From: a virus
Taxonomy: Duplodnaviria > Heunggongvirae > Uroviricota > Caudoviricetes
Length of the DNA: 64,000 nt
Direction: 5' to 3' (one strand)
IMG/VR virus record: IMGVR_UViG_2609459826_000002
The position numbers and the translations under genes are program-made. Numbering within the stretch: the first letter of the stretch is position 1; every line of letters starts with the position of its first letter. The notes beneath the pieces were generated by a model. That model searched no databases, was not told where the DNA came from, and saw nothing but the letters and a program-made list of their open reading frames with translations. Below are positions 19,845-28,257 of the stretch, in pieces.

Positions 19845-20654
19845 TCAATGAACGGTATCGAGCAGCTTTAACAGCTCAGGGAATCGGGATTCGAAGAAAT
19901 GCGGCTGCGTCTCGCGCGGATTTGCGGGACTGGTGATGTTCTTGCCGAACATGCAGCCTTTCGCTGTCAGCGACCAGAATTTTTTGATGTTGTTAATCGC
20001 GGTACGGCTGTATCGTTCGCGCTGCTCGACGATCCCCAGCTTCACCATCTGGTGATATGCCTGATTAGCCGTCAGGCAGATACCATACTGTTTCAGCAGT
20101 GCACTCAGTGACAGTGTCGGGCGACTTGAGCCATCGTGTGCATCAGCAGGAGCATCAATGGCATAGCGCGGTGCCAGATTCGGTAAGCCAACAGCCTCCT
20201 GGAGTTTCTGACAGGCACCAAGCACAGATGAGTTAGACAGGTTTAACTCCCGACGCATAAAGTCCAGCAGAATCACACCAGCCTGCATCTTGTCAGCAGC
20301 CTGTCCGGATAATTTTTCCGGTGCGCTGGTTACCATGTCGAAAGTACGGATCACCTTCAGATGGAATGACGGGCTGATCCACATTGCATAGGCATACACC
20401 AGTTCCTTGCAGACATAAGTTCCCCGTTCATTTCCCCCATGAATCACACTCACCGGGTCAACACCCAAATTCTGGGTGTTGGTCAATTCATGAACAAGTT
20501 CAACAGTTTGTTGGCTGGAAAGAAACTTTCCTGGCTCCTTGGTTCTGGCATTTGCACCAGATGCTACTGCTGCGCGATGCAGATCGTTCAGGCTGTAACG
20601 CCCATAAGCATCACGACGAACTTCAATACCATCAATGACCATCAGATTATTCAT
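19845..20654 (-). CDS. KilA-N domain protein / antirepressor-like
   Basis: N-terminal region MNNLMVIDGIEVRRDAYGRYSLNDLHRA typical of KilA-N; ATG 20654 with AGGAG RBS. Confidence 0.7.
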   Translation of the reverse strand: MNNLMVIDGIEVRRDAYGRYSLNDLHRAAVASGANARTKEPGKFLSSQQTVELVHELTNTQNLGVDPVSVIHGGNERGTYVCKELVYAYAMWISPSFHLKVIRTFDMVTSAPEKLSGQAADKMQAGVILLDFMRRELNLSNSSVLGACQKLQEAVGLPNLAPRYAIDAPADAHDGSSRPTLSLSALLKQYGICLTANQAYHQMVKLGIVEQRERYSRTAINNIKKFWSLTAKGCMFGKNITSPANPRETQPHFFESRFPELLKLLDTVH

Positions 20655-20673
20655 ACTTCGTTTCTCCTCTTGC

Positions 20674-21063
20674 TCAGGCGGCTGCACCCGCCGTTTTCTC
20701 GTACTTACTGATAGTGATCTCGACCTTCCCTTCCGGGATAACCGGTCCCCACTCCACCAGCATTCTTTTCACCTGGCTGTCGTCTTCCCACACACCCACG
20801 TGGGTCAGAACGTCAAACAGCGCCTTGTTATAGTTGTCCAGATCGCGGATCCGGTTATCCGGAGGAAACAACACGATCTCCACTGAAGCAGGTGCCGACG
20901 TTGGTTTTGGCAGACGACGTAACTGCTCAACTATTGCTGCACACGCCGCGCTCTGGAATTTTCGCCCCGCCGCGCTTATCAGGCTCTTACCTGCAAGCGC
21001 CCCTTTATTGGGGTGTCGCCAGTACGTGTTCACGCTGGGCGGAAAAGGCAGAATCAGCTTCAT
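20674..21063 (-). CDS. rusA: Holliday junction resolvase RusA
   Basis: 129 aa; MKLILPFPPSVNTYWR...DLDNYNKALFDVL pattern characteristic of RusA family. Confidence 0.85.
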   Translation of the reverse strand: MKLILPFPPSVNTYWRHPNKGALAGKSLISAAGRKFQSAACAAIVEQLRRLPKPTSAPASVEIVLFPPDNRIRDLDNYNKALFDVLTHVGVWEDDSQVKRMLVEWGPVIPEGKVEITISKYEKTAGAAA

Positions 21064-21386
21064 ACTTTCAGGCCCCTCTCATGTAACCAGTGGGCTGCAC
21101 GCAGCCTGGCGTTTTCCTCACCGGCAAGCAGTGAGCGGATAATCCCGACCGCCTCGCTGTCGTCGTCCTTCACCGCGGTATGAAGCGTTATCCCCCGGGC
21201 CACGCCACGCTTTATCGTGATGACGCCTTTTTTCTCCAGCGCACGAAGATGCTCCACCGCTGCATTCACCGAACGGTATCCCAGCATGGTTGCCACCTCC
21301 TGATTGGTTGGCGGGAAACCACGTTCTTTCTGATAAGAAATCAGCATATCCAGCACCTGCTGCTGGCATTGAGTTAACGTCGTCAT
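21060..21386 (-). CDS. LexA-type N-terminal DNA-binding domain protein
   Basis: 108 aa; QQQVLDMLISYQKERGFPPTNQEVATMLGYRSVNAAVEHLRALEKKGVI winged-helix like LexA N-domain; no peptidase domain. Confidence 0.6.
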   Translation of the reverse strand: MTTLTQCQQQVLDMLISYQKERGFPPTNQEVATMLGYRSVNAAVEHLRALEKKGVITIKRGVARGITLHTAVKDDDSEAVGIIRSLLAGEENARLRAAHWLHERGLKV

Positions 21387-22036
21387 GCCGCCATCTCCCT
21401 GACCAGTTTTTCCGCCTGCTGACGAACCTGCTCCAGAAACGCCTCACCACATGCCTCAAGTTCATCGCGCCCGATGTAGCTGATTGCCGGTCCATTCCAG
21501 GTCTTGTCGAAAACAGCAATAGCACCAGCGAAGAAAGCGCCTGTCGGCACCTGCTTCTCATCCTTCGGGATAAACCAGGCAGGCAGTTCAAAACCAATAC
21601 GCCCGCGAATAAAAGCAATATGATCTGCATCTTCCGGCCACCACACTTCGCTGGTGGCAGCTTTGATCAGGAAAACATAGCGCCCGCCCTTATCACGCAT
21701 GGCACTGGCATGCTTCATGATGTAACGCATGCCGGTGATGTATTGCCCCTCATGCTGACTGGCGCGGCTGTATGGGGGATTACCAAAGGCAGCACCTTTT
21801 AGCTCCGCAAGACGTTCTGACCAGTCATGCGCCAGCGCGTTGTCTTCCGCCGTGTAATACGCAGCACATTTGGCGTTATCACCGTCAGTGAACAGATCCA
21901 GAACAAACGGGCCAAACAGGGTGTTAATTCCCCAGAAAATGTTATCCGGCGTGCGCCACTGATCGCCCACTTCCTTCAGTTCATGGGCTGGTTTGTTCCG
22001 CAGTTCGACCAGCGCCTGGCAATATTTATTACTCAT
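21383..22036 (-). CDS. phage N6-adenine DNA methyltransferase (Dam-like orphan)
   Basis: Motif AFGNPPYS; start at ATG 22036 overlapping upstream stop (TAATG); ORF track begins at a GTG 33 nt further. Confidence 0.8.
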   Translation of the reverse strand: MSNKYCQALVELRNKPAHELKEVGDQWRTPDNIFWGINTLFGPFVLDLFTDGDNAKCAAYYTAEDNALAHDWSERLAELKGAAFGNPPYSRASQHEGQYITGMRYIMKHASAMRDKGGRYVFLIKAATSEVWWPEDADHIAFIRGRIGFELPAWFIPKDEKQVPTGAFFAGAIAVFDKTWNGPAISYIGRDELEACGEAFLEQVRQQAEKLVREMAA

Positions 22037-22524
22037 TAAGCCCCCACGTAATTCCCTGACAGATACCACTCATCACCCGGTACAGCGCGCTTGCTGCTTT
22101 TCCGTAAACACCGCTCACGACGCGCAAGAAAATTGTTTCGCTCTGGCTGGGAGTGGCTTTCACGGAATGCCGCCATCCACACCGTTGCAGCACGACGGTA
22201 TAAGCCCCTGGACTCCAGTTCTTCCGCCTGGCGGGTCAGGCACAAAATCACCCGGGGATCGTTAGTGCCGACATAGAAATTGCGCACAGGTCTGGTTTCA
22301 CGAACTGGTTGTGGTTCCGGCTCCTGCGCTCTCTCAGTCAGGCGTGGGAAATGTCTGCGTGTATCTCCTTCACAACGGTGAGCCACACGCCCACTCTGAC
22401 GTAACTTGCTTGCTGACTGCAGAACGCGCTGCCGTGAGTAACCTGCAAAAGCATCCGCAATGTCTCCGGAAGTACACCCCGGATGGGCTTCAATGAATTT
22501 CTGAACTTCATTCAAAAGACTCAT
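22036..22524 (-). CDS. hypothetical phage protein
   Basis: 162 aa from ATG 22524; Arg-rich; coupled to Dam-like gene. Confidence 0.4.
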   Translation of the reverse strand: MSLLNEVQKFIEAHPGCTSGDIADAFAGYSRQRVLQSASKLRQSGRVAHRCEGDTRRHFPRLTERAQEPEPQPVRETRPVRNFYVGTNDPRVILCLTRQAEELESRGLYRRAATVWMAAFRESHSQPERNNFLARRERCLRKSSKRAVPGDEWYLSGNYVGA

Positions 22525-22526
22525 GA

Positions 22527-23468
22527 TCACCCCCTGAATCCTGCCGGGATCTGGCTGTAGTCCACGTTGTCGTAACTGGCTTTGAAGTACGGGTCTTCGC
22601 GTTTTTCTGTGTACGTGCTGACGGACGGCGATAAGCGCAGGGAAAGCTCATCCCATTTTTCCCGCAGCTTCGACGGGCTGAGCACGTTACGGCACCAGAA
22701 CGGATCGCGGCTGACGCGGCTGTACATCTCGCAGATTTGTTTGTGAGTACGACCATCCTGCACACACATCAGGCGAATTTCGTTTGCCCAGGCTGTCCAG
22801 TTCGGTTCTTTGGGACGAACCACCTCGCCGTCACATTCGGCAGCCTGCTCGTACAGGGCGATGATTTTTTTCCAGAGCCACTGTGCGCAGGTCAAATCAT
22901 CCTGCGTCCCCCACTGGCGCTTTTTAGGGCTGAATACAACCGCATCAGGATGGCGAGTTAAAAAATCCTGTTCAGCCGTCTGCGTGTCCGGTTGCGAAGC
23001 GTCCGGACGAGAAGGTTTTTTATCTGACGGATCATGTTTTGATTTTACTGACGGATCCCCGCCAGATTCTGACGGGTGAAAACCCGCTTTTTTGCCAGAT
23101 TTCGACGCATCAAATTTTGACGGGTCAGATTTTGATGCGTCAGATTTTGACGGGTCAGAATCTGACAGTTGAGAAAATGCCGCTGCCTGAAGCTTCGCAA
23201 CGTTAAGCTGATAAACATTCGACGCATTGCGGTTACCCTGGCGACGCGCCTTACGCGTTAACCAGCCTTCTGCTTCCAGCCGTGCGATAGCCGTTCTGAC
23301 GGTACTCATCCCCGCGCCAATCTGACGGGCAATGGTTTCAATTGATGGCCAGCACACACCTTCGTCATTACTGAAATCAGCCAAGCGGGCCATAATTGCC
23401 ACGCTGGATAACTTCATGCCTGATGCAGCGCAACCATCCCATACATAGCCGGTTAATTTAGTGCTCAT
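22527..23468 (-). CDS. phage replication initiator-like protein (N-terminal winged-helix, internal iteron repeats)
   Basis: 313 aa; N-terminal HTH; internal peptide repeats SDPSKSDASKSDPSKFDASKS encoded by tandem ~15-bp DNA repeats, as in lambda O carrying ori. Confidence 0.6.
   Translation of the reverse strand: MSTKLTGYVWDGCAASGMKLSSVAIMARLADFSNDEGVCWPSIETIARQIGAGMSTVRTAIARLEAEGWLTRKARRQGNRNASNVYQLNVAKLQAAAFSQLSDSDPSKSDASKSDPSKFDASKSGKKAGFHPSESGGDPSVKSKHDPSDKKPSRPDASQPDTQTAEQDFLTRHPDAVVFSPKKRQWGTQDDLTCAQWLWKKIIALYEQAAECDGEVVRPKEPNWTAWANEIRLMCVQDGRTHKQICEMYSRVSRDPFWCRNVLSPSKLREKWDELSLRLSPSVSTYTEKREDPYFKASYDNVDYSQIPAGFRG
23041..23171. repeat. tandem ~15-bp iteron-like direct repeats (candidate replication origin)
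   Basis: About 8 copies of ATTTTGACGGGTCAG-like units, last four contiguous at 15-bp period (23112-23171), inside replication gene. Confidence 0.5.
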
Positions 23469-23477
23469 GACCGACCT

Positions 23478-23816
23478 CTATTTCCCTGAATTTACGACGA
23501 AACTGTTCGAGCGGACTGAAGCATTCATGCTCATAACCTTCGCGGAGGTAGATAACCCGTTGTGTTTCCGGCTCCCAACGAATGACTCTGACGGGCACTC
23601 CGTAGTGATCTTTGAACCAGCGGTTAACTTGTCGCAAAGGACTGTCTCCTTCTGCCGGTTGAAATCACCCACAGCCCACTCTGCAAAGCTGTGGGTTACA
23701 ATTTCCCTGTCACCTGGTACATTCACTGCATAGCAATATTCCACCTTCGCTTTTCCACCCGGTACAGGAAGCGCAATCAGTTGCGAGCGACGGTAGTGTG
23801 TTGTTAAACTGTTCAT
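23478..23816 (-). CDS. hypothetical protein
   Basis: 112 aa ORF between regulatory and replication genes; an overlapping plus-strand ORF also exists, assignment uncertain. Confidence 0.3.
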   Translation of the reverse strand: MNSLTTHYRRSQLIALPVPGGKAKVEYCYAVNVPGDREIVTHSFAEWAVGDFNRQKETVLCDKLTAGSKITTECPSESFVGSRKHNGLSTSAKVMSMNASVRSNSFVVNSGK

Positions 23817-24382
23817 GCGTTAGTTTCTCCACAACCAGAAGCAATCGACGCCACGACGCCCGGAGCTGCACACTCGCGGGCGTCATTACTTTCTGAAATG
23901 CAAAAAATTTTGTAGACAAGTGCTGCATGCTCCTGCAGCCTCGAAATTGAGAGATACAGCTCGTCGTTAATTGCTGTCTTCTCATGCGGTTCCACTACAC
24001 CGTCTTCGATTGCTGAACGAATCTGTTTTGAATAACTGCCGATCTGTTCAATGACTTCCAGCAGACGCTGGTTAATATCGGCGTTGTCCACATCCTCGAC
24101 GTCAGGAAGAGACACAAAGACGCCATTTGCAGACTGCGCCACAGCATCAGCAATGAAGTGAGTGCCACCAGCACGCTGTAAAACCATTGCCCATCCCAGC
24201 GGGAAAATCTGATCGCCATCTGCACGAAGGCGGTTGAATAAAGCGTTTTCTGTTACATCGAGCCAGTCAGCCGCTTCAGCGTAACCACCCGGCAACGCCG
24301 CGATAGTTTTTCTGACAGCTTTCACGTACCACTCAGGCTGTTTTTCTATTTTCCAGTGATGCTTACCCACGATTAGCCTCAT
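23813..24382 (-). CDS. hypothetical early-region protein (possible CII/YdaT-like regulator)
   Basis: 189 aa ORF immediately downstream of cro-like gene; function inferred from position only. Confidence 0.4.
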   Translation of the reverse strand: MRLIVGKHHWKIEKQPEWYVKAVRKTIAALPGGYAEAADWLDVTENALFNRLRADGDQIFPLGWAMVLQRAGGTHFIADAVAQSANGVFVSLPDVEDVDNADINQRLLEVIEQIGSYSKQIRSAIEDGVVEPHEKTAINDELYLSISRLQEHAALVYKIFCISESNDARECAAPGVVASIASGCGETNA

Positions 24383-24413
24383 CGTTCTGTGGTTAAAAAT
24401 TGAAAGTGTTCTG

Positions 24414-24614
24414 CTAATCTTTCGGATAGATATCCGGTCTTAAGTCAGATTTCGTAATTGCACCTGACGTGCATTGCTCAAGTTTTTTAGCCAGCACAAA
24501 ACTGGCTTTTTTATAGCCATTGAAAACCAGCCGTAAGTAGCCAGGTGTTGAGCCAACTTTTCCGGCCAACTCGCCCTGCTGTTCTTTGGTTAAAGAGTCC
24601 CAATACGCTTTCAT
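24414..24614 (-). CDS. Cro/YdaS-like HTH regulator
   Basis: 66 aa from ATG 24614 with GGAGG RBS; divergent from repressor gene; SLTKEQQGELAGKVGSTPGYLRLV HTH. Confidence 0.65.
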   Translation of the reverse strand: MKAYWDSLTKEQQGELAGKVGSTPGYLRLVFNGYKKASFVLAKKLEQCTSGAITKSDLRPDIYPKD

Positions 24615-24620
24615 ACAATA

Positions 24621-24689
24621 TGTACCTCCAGTGTACATATTACATGATTAAAATGAACCTTCAAGATACTTGTACCTTAACGGTACAAG
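24621..24689. promoter_or_regulatory. immunity-region operators/divergent promoters
   Basis: Inverted repeat CTTGTACC-n5-GGTACAAG at 24669-24689 plus further TGTAC half-sites at 24621 and 24632 between cro-like and repressor genes. Confidence 0.45.
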
Positions 24690-24704
24690 GGTTTTAATTT
24701 CGTT

Positions 24705-25379
24705 ATGAAAACAATCCATGACATCCGGCGGTCTAACGCCAGAAAACTGAGAGATGGTGTTGGCGGGAATTCTTCCTTTGCCACTATGATTGATCGCGAG
24801 CCAACCCAGACCAGCAGGTTTATGGGAGATGGTGCTACTAAAAATATCGGTGACAGCATGGCACGACACATCGAAAAATGTTTCGACCTGCCTGTCGGAT
24901 GGCTCGATCAAGAACACCAGACAACGAACATCACAAAAAAACCTGATGTTTCAATCACTAATAAACAAATCACATTAGTCCCTGTCATATCATGGGTACA
25001 GGCCGGAGCATGGAAAGAAGTTGGATATTCTGAGGTTGATTTGAGCACAGCAGAAACGTATCCCTGCCCTGTACCCTGTGGGGAAATGACTTATATCTTG
25101 CGGGTGATAGGTGATTCAATGATTGATGAGTACCGCCCGGGAGACATGATTTTTGTCGATCCTGAAGTACCTGCCTGCCACGGTGACGACGTTATTGCAT
25201 TGATGCACGATACAGGTGAAACCACCTTCAAAAGGTTGATAGAAGATGGGACACAGCGTTATCTCAAAGCGTTAAACCCAAACTGGCCTGAGCCTTACAT
25301 TAAGATCAACGGTAATTGCTCTATAATTGGAACTGTGATTTTCTCAGGAAAACCAAGAAGATACAAAATCAAAGCCTAA
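24705..25379 (+). CDS. prophage repressor, LexA/CI-like S24 autopeptidase family
   Basis: 224 aa; N-terminal HTH; C-terminal VIGDSM (Ser) and TFKRL (Lys) motifs of S24 peptidases. Confidence 0.85.
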   Translation: MKTIHDIRRSNARKLRDGVGGNSSFATMIDREPTQTSRFMGDGATKNIGDSMARHIEKCFDLPVGWLDQEHQTTNITKKPDVSITNKQITLVPVISWVQAGAWKEVGYSEVDLSTAETYPCPVPCGEMTYILRVIGDSMIDEYRPGDMIFVDPEVPACHGDDVIALMHDTGETTFKRLIEDGTQRYLKALNPNWPEPYIKINGNCSIIGTVIFSGKPRRYKIKA

Positions 25380-25550
25380 TCAATGTTTATGAACCTGCTT
25401 CGGCAGGTTTTTTTATACTTGACAATGTACCTATGAGATACATAATGTACCCAAGAGAAACAACAAACAGGCAGGACGCCCACGAAGTAGCCGCCGGTGG
25501 CGTATGAATGACCGGATGATTCGTTAAATACTATGTGTAAGAGAGCGCAA

Positions 25551-25754
25551 ATGAACCGTTATTTAACATGCTCGTTTTGTGGCGCAAACGAGCTGCAGGC
25601 AAAAAAAATCATCGCCAAAGGCGGAAAAGATGAAGTTGCTATCTGCTCTGAGTGCGTAGTCTTGTGTGTCGGGGCATTAATCAATAGCAGCACAACTATT
25701 CGGTTCACACCAAATGAGAATGCGCCTTTAGATGCGCGGAAATCTGGAGGTTAA
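25551..25754 (+). CDS. small ClpX-type C4 zinc-finger protein
   Basis: LTCSFCGANELQAKKIIAKGGKDEVAICSECVVLC resembles ClpX N-terminal zinc-binding domain (CSFCG...C.EC); ATG 25551 with AAGAGAG RBS. Confidence 0.55.
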   Translation: MNRYLTCSFCGANELQAKKIIAKGGKDEVAICSECVVLCVGALINSSTTIRFTPNENAPLDARKSGG

Positions 25755-25762
25755 AGAACAAA

Positions 25763-26038
25763 ATGAAAGTCCAGATTTTAAACAATAGTGGTGAAGTCGT
25801 TTGGTCATGCGACATAGCCGCTCCTGTAGATCAGAGCGGCGATAGCTGGACCAATGGGAAACATCAGATTATGGCTGGAGGTGTATTCTCTTTACGCCGT
25901 GCTTTGGAACAGGCTGAAGTCTTTCCATCAGACCCTGAATGGAAATGGCCTTTTTCTATTTGTCCAAATTCGGAGAGTACATTTCAGAAAATTGGTCAGA
26001 AAGTCGCACTCGAAGAGCATCAGCCAACTGTTTCCTGA
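25763..26038 (+). CDS. hypothetical protein
   Basis: 91 aa; ATG with GGAGG RBS; 3' end overlaps a convergent minus-strand ORF. Confidence 0.4.
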   Translation: MKVQILNNSGEVVWSCDIAAPVDQSGDSWTNGKHQIMAGGVFSLRRALEQAEVFPSDPEWKWPFSICPNSESTFQKIGQKVALEEHQPTVS

Positions 26039-26201
26039 TTTTTTCAGGTAACTCGTCGGCATCGCAGAAACAACAACGCTCGATCATGTTGAAAGCCGAT
26101 TCGTAGAACTGTTTTTGCTGAGTGTCGCTGAGACAGGAAAAGAGCGACGTTACGATGATTTTATTAATTGCATTATCAAGTTCTTTTTCATCAAAAGTCA
26201 T
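25956..26201 (-). CDS. hypothetical protein
   Basis: 81 aa; ATG with AAGGAAAA RBS; overlaps 3' end of 25763-26038, so one of the two may be spurious. Confidence 0.4.
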   Translation of the reverse strand: MTFDEKELDNAINKIIVTSLFSCLSDTQQKQFYESAFNMIERCCFCDADELPEKIRKQLADALRVRLSDQFSEMYSPNLDK

Positions 26202-26454
26202 TTGATTTTCCTTTTATGTATACGGGCTTAAAAGGATACCACCGAGCCTGAAGTGGTGAAAAGACAGGCACATAACAGCTAAGTATTTTCAACCTGAGAG
26301 AATCCTTAGCGTTGTGGTGAATGCGGCTCAGCGCACGCGGGTTAAGGTTGAGGCTGACAGTCGACCTTCTGTGGATACCCACCCGCCTGGTGTGCAACCT
26401 TCGCCAGGCACCGGGAGGCACCCGGCACCACAACTTTATGCTGTGTAGTCTTGG

Positions 26455-26500
26455 CGGTACCAGCTTGTACCCTTGCTTCCGGCTGGTACCGTCCTTTTTA
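26455..26500 (+). terminator. rho-independent terminator-like hairpin
   Basis: Perfect 10-bp GC-rich stem CGGTACCAGC/GCTGGTACCG followed by TCCTTTTTA. Confidence 0.4.
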
Positions 26501-26712
26501 CAAAACAGAGAAGAGCATCACCGGACGACGGGCTCATAACCCAATCCATCCGGGCGGCTGCCACCGCAGGTGTTCTTCTCTGTTTTGTGGAGAAACTAAC
26601 CGCCCCTACGGGGGCATTTATGGAAATGTAATTGACTCAATAATCGCCGGACGGTGAGGGCTTCCTTTTACCCGAATTCAGCGCGGTGCAGCGCATATAC
26701 GTGGAGAACAAA

Positions 26713-27249
26713 ATGTCATTTATTAAAACTTTTTCCGGGAAGCATTTTTATTATGACAGGATAAATAAAGACGAAATCGTTATTAACGATATCGCGGTTT
26801 CCCTTTCAAATATCTGTCGCTTTGCAGGACATCTTTCACACTTCTACAGTGTCGCCCAACATGCGGTGCTTTGCAGCCAGCTGGTGCCACAGGAATTTGC
26901 TTTTGAAGCTTTAATGCATGATGCAACAGAAGCATATTGCCAGGACATCCCCGCACCACTGAAACGACTTCTTCCTGACTATAAACGGATGGAAGAAAAA
27001 ATAGACGCCGTAATCCGTGAGAAATACGGGTTACCTCCTGTTATGAGCACGCCAGTGAAATATGCCGATCTCATTATGCTGGCAACCGAACGCCGCGATC
27101 TCGGGCTTGATGATGGCTCTTTCTGGCCTGTACTGGAAGGTATCCCGGCAACAGAGATGTTCAAAGTGATTCCACAGGCACCGGGCCATGCCTACGGGAT
27201 GTTTATGGAACGTTTTAACGAGTTATCGGAGTTACGCAAATGCGCATGA
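26713..27249 (+). CDS. HD-domain phosphohydrolase (YfbR/YfdR-like 5'-deoxynucleotidase)
   Basis: 178 aa from ATG 26713 (GGAGA RBS); H...HD motif (SVAQHAV...LMHDATEAY). Confidence 0.7.
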   Translation: MSFIKTFSGKHFYYDRINKDEIVINDIAVSLSNICRFAGHLSHFYSVAQHAVLCSQLVPQEFAFEALMHDATEAYCQDIPAPLKRLLPDYKRMEEKIDAVIREKYGLPPVMSTPVKYADLIMLATERRDLGLDDGSFWPVLEGIPATEMFKVIPQAPGHAYGMFMERFNELSELRKCA

Positions 27250-27602
27250 ATGTTTTCGAAATGGAAGGGTTTCTTCGTGGGAGATGTGTACCGCGAGATC
27301 TGAAAGTGAATGAAACAGATGCTGAATACCTGGTGCGTAAATTCGATACGCTTGAAGCTAAATGTGCAGCACAGGAAAACAAAGTAATACCAGTGTCAAC
27401 TGAACTGCCACCAGCAAATAAAAGTGCTTTGTTATTCGATGCTAACGGAGAAGGCTGGCTAATTGGCTGGCGTTCTCTCTGGTACACCTGGGGACAAAAA
27501 GAAACCGGAGAATGGCAGTGGACATTTCAGGTCGGGGACCTTGAAAACGTCAATATCACTCACTGGGCAGTAATGCCAAAAGCACCGGAGGCTGGAGCAT
27601 AA
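27246..27602 (+). CDS. hypothetical phage protein
   Basis: ATGA overlap with upstream gene; Trp-rich. Confidence 0.45.
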   Translation: MNVFEMEGFLRGRCVPRDLKVNETDAEYLVRKFDTLEAKCAAQENKVIPVSTELPPANKSALLFDANGEGWLIGWRSLWYTWGQKETGEWQWTFQVGDLENVNITHWAVMPKAPEAGA

Positions 27603-27907
27603 TGACCACTTTTACCGACAAAGAACTGATTAAAGAAATTAAAGAGCGTATCAGCAGCCTTGACGTGCGAGACGATATTGAGCGCCGTGCTTATGAAATC
27701 GCACTCCTATCTCTGGAAGTAGAACCAGATGAACGCGAAGCTTATGAATTATTCATGGAAAAGCGTTTCGGTGACTTAGTAGATCGTCGGAGAGCAAAAA
27801 ACGGCGATAACGAATACATGGCATGGGATATGACTCTCGGTTGGATCGTCTGGCAGCAACGAGCAGGTATCCATTTTTCAACAATGTCACAACAAGAGGT
27901 GAAATAA
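27602..27907 (+). CDS. hypothetical phage protein
   Basis: 101 aa, TAATG coupling on both sides. Confidence 0.45.
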   Translation: MTTFTDKELIKEIKERISSLDVRDDIERRAYEIALLSLEVEPDEREAYELFMEKRFGDLVDRRRAKNGDNEYMAWDMTLGWIVWQQRAGIHFSTMSQQEVK

Positions 27908-28257
27908 TGGAGCCATACAGCCTCACACTCGATGAGGCCTGTCATTTTCTCAAGATATCCAGACCGACTGCCATTAACTGGATACGCACAGGGCGTCTTC
28001 AGGCAACACGCAAAGATCCCACTAAGAATAAATCTCCTTACCTCACAACACGACAAGCCTGCATTGCGGCTCTTCAGTCTCCGCTGCATACTGTCCAGGT
28101 GAGCGCGGGTGATGGCATAACAGAGGAAAGAAAATGTCACTCTTCCGCAGAGGTGAAATATGGTACGCCAGTTTCACATTGCCGAACGGTAAAAGATTTA
28201 AACAGTCTCTTGGAACAAAGGACAAAAGGCAGGCGACAGAACTCCATGACAAGCTAA
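27907..28257 (+). CDS. xis: excisionase-like protein
   Basis: ATG 27907; [32 protein letters not shown]; immediately upstream of and overlapping integrase gene; 3' boundary uncertain. Confidence 0.5.
   Translation: MEPYSLTLDEACHFLKISRPTAINWIRTGRLQATRKDPTKNKSPYLTTRQACIAALQSPLHTVQVSAGDGITEERKCHSSAEVKYGTPVSHCRTVKDLNSLLEQRTKGRRQNSMTS

Noticed and set aside
23041-23171. Possible CRISPR array (short tandem repeats)
   Set aside because: Repeats are contiguous 15-bp units with no spacers and lie inside a coding sequence; interpreted as iterons, not CRISPR.
22810-23227. Plus- and minus-strand ORFs overlapping the replication gene repeats
   Set aside because: Created by the tandem DNA repeats; repetitive artefactual translations.
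26220-26680. Retron msr/msd non-coding RNA
   Set aside because: No reverse transcriptase gene adjacent (the only RT in the window is the group II intron protein 26 kb away), so retron identity is unsupported.
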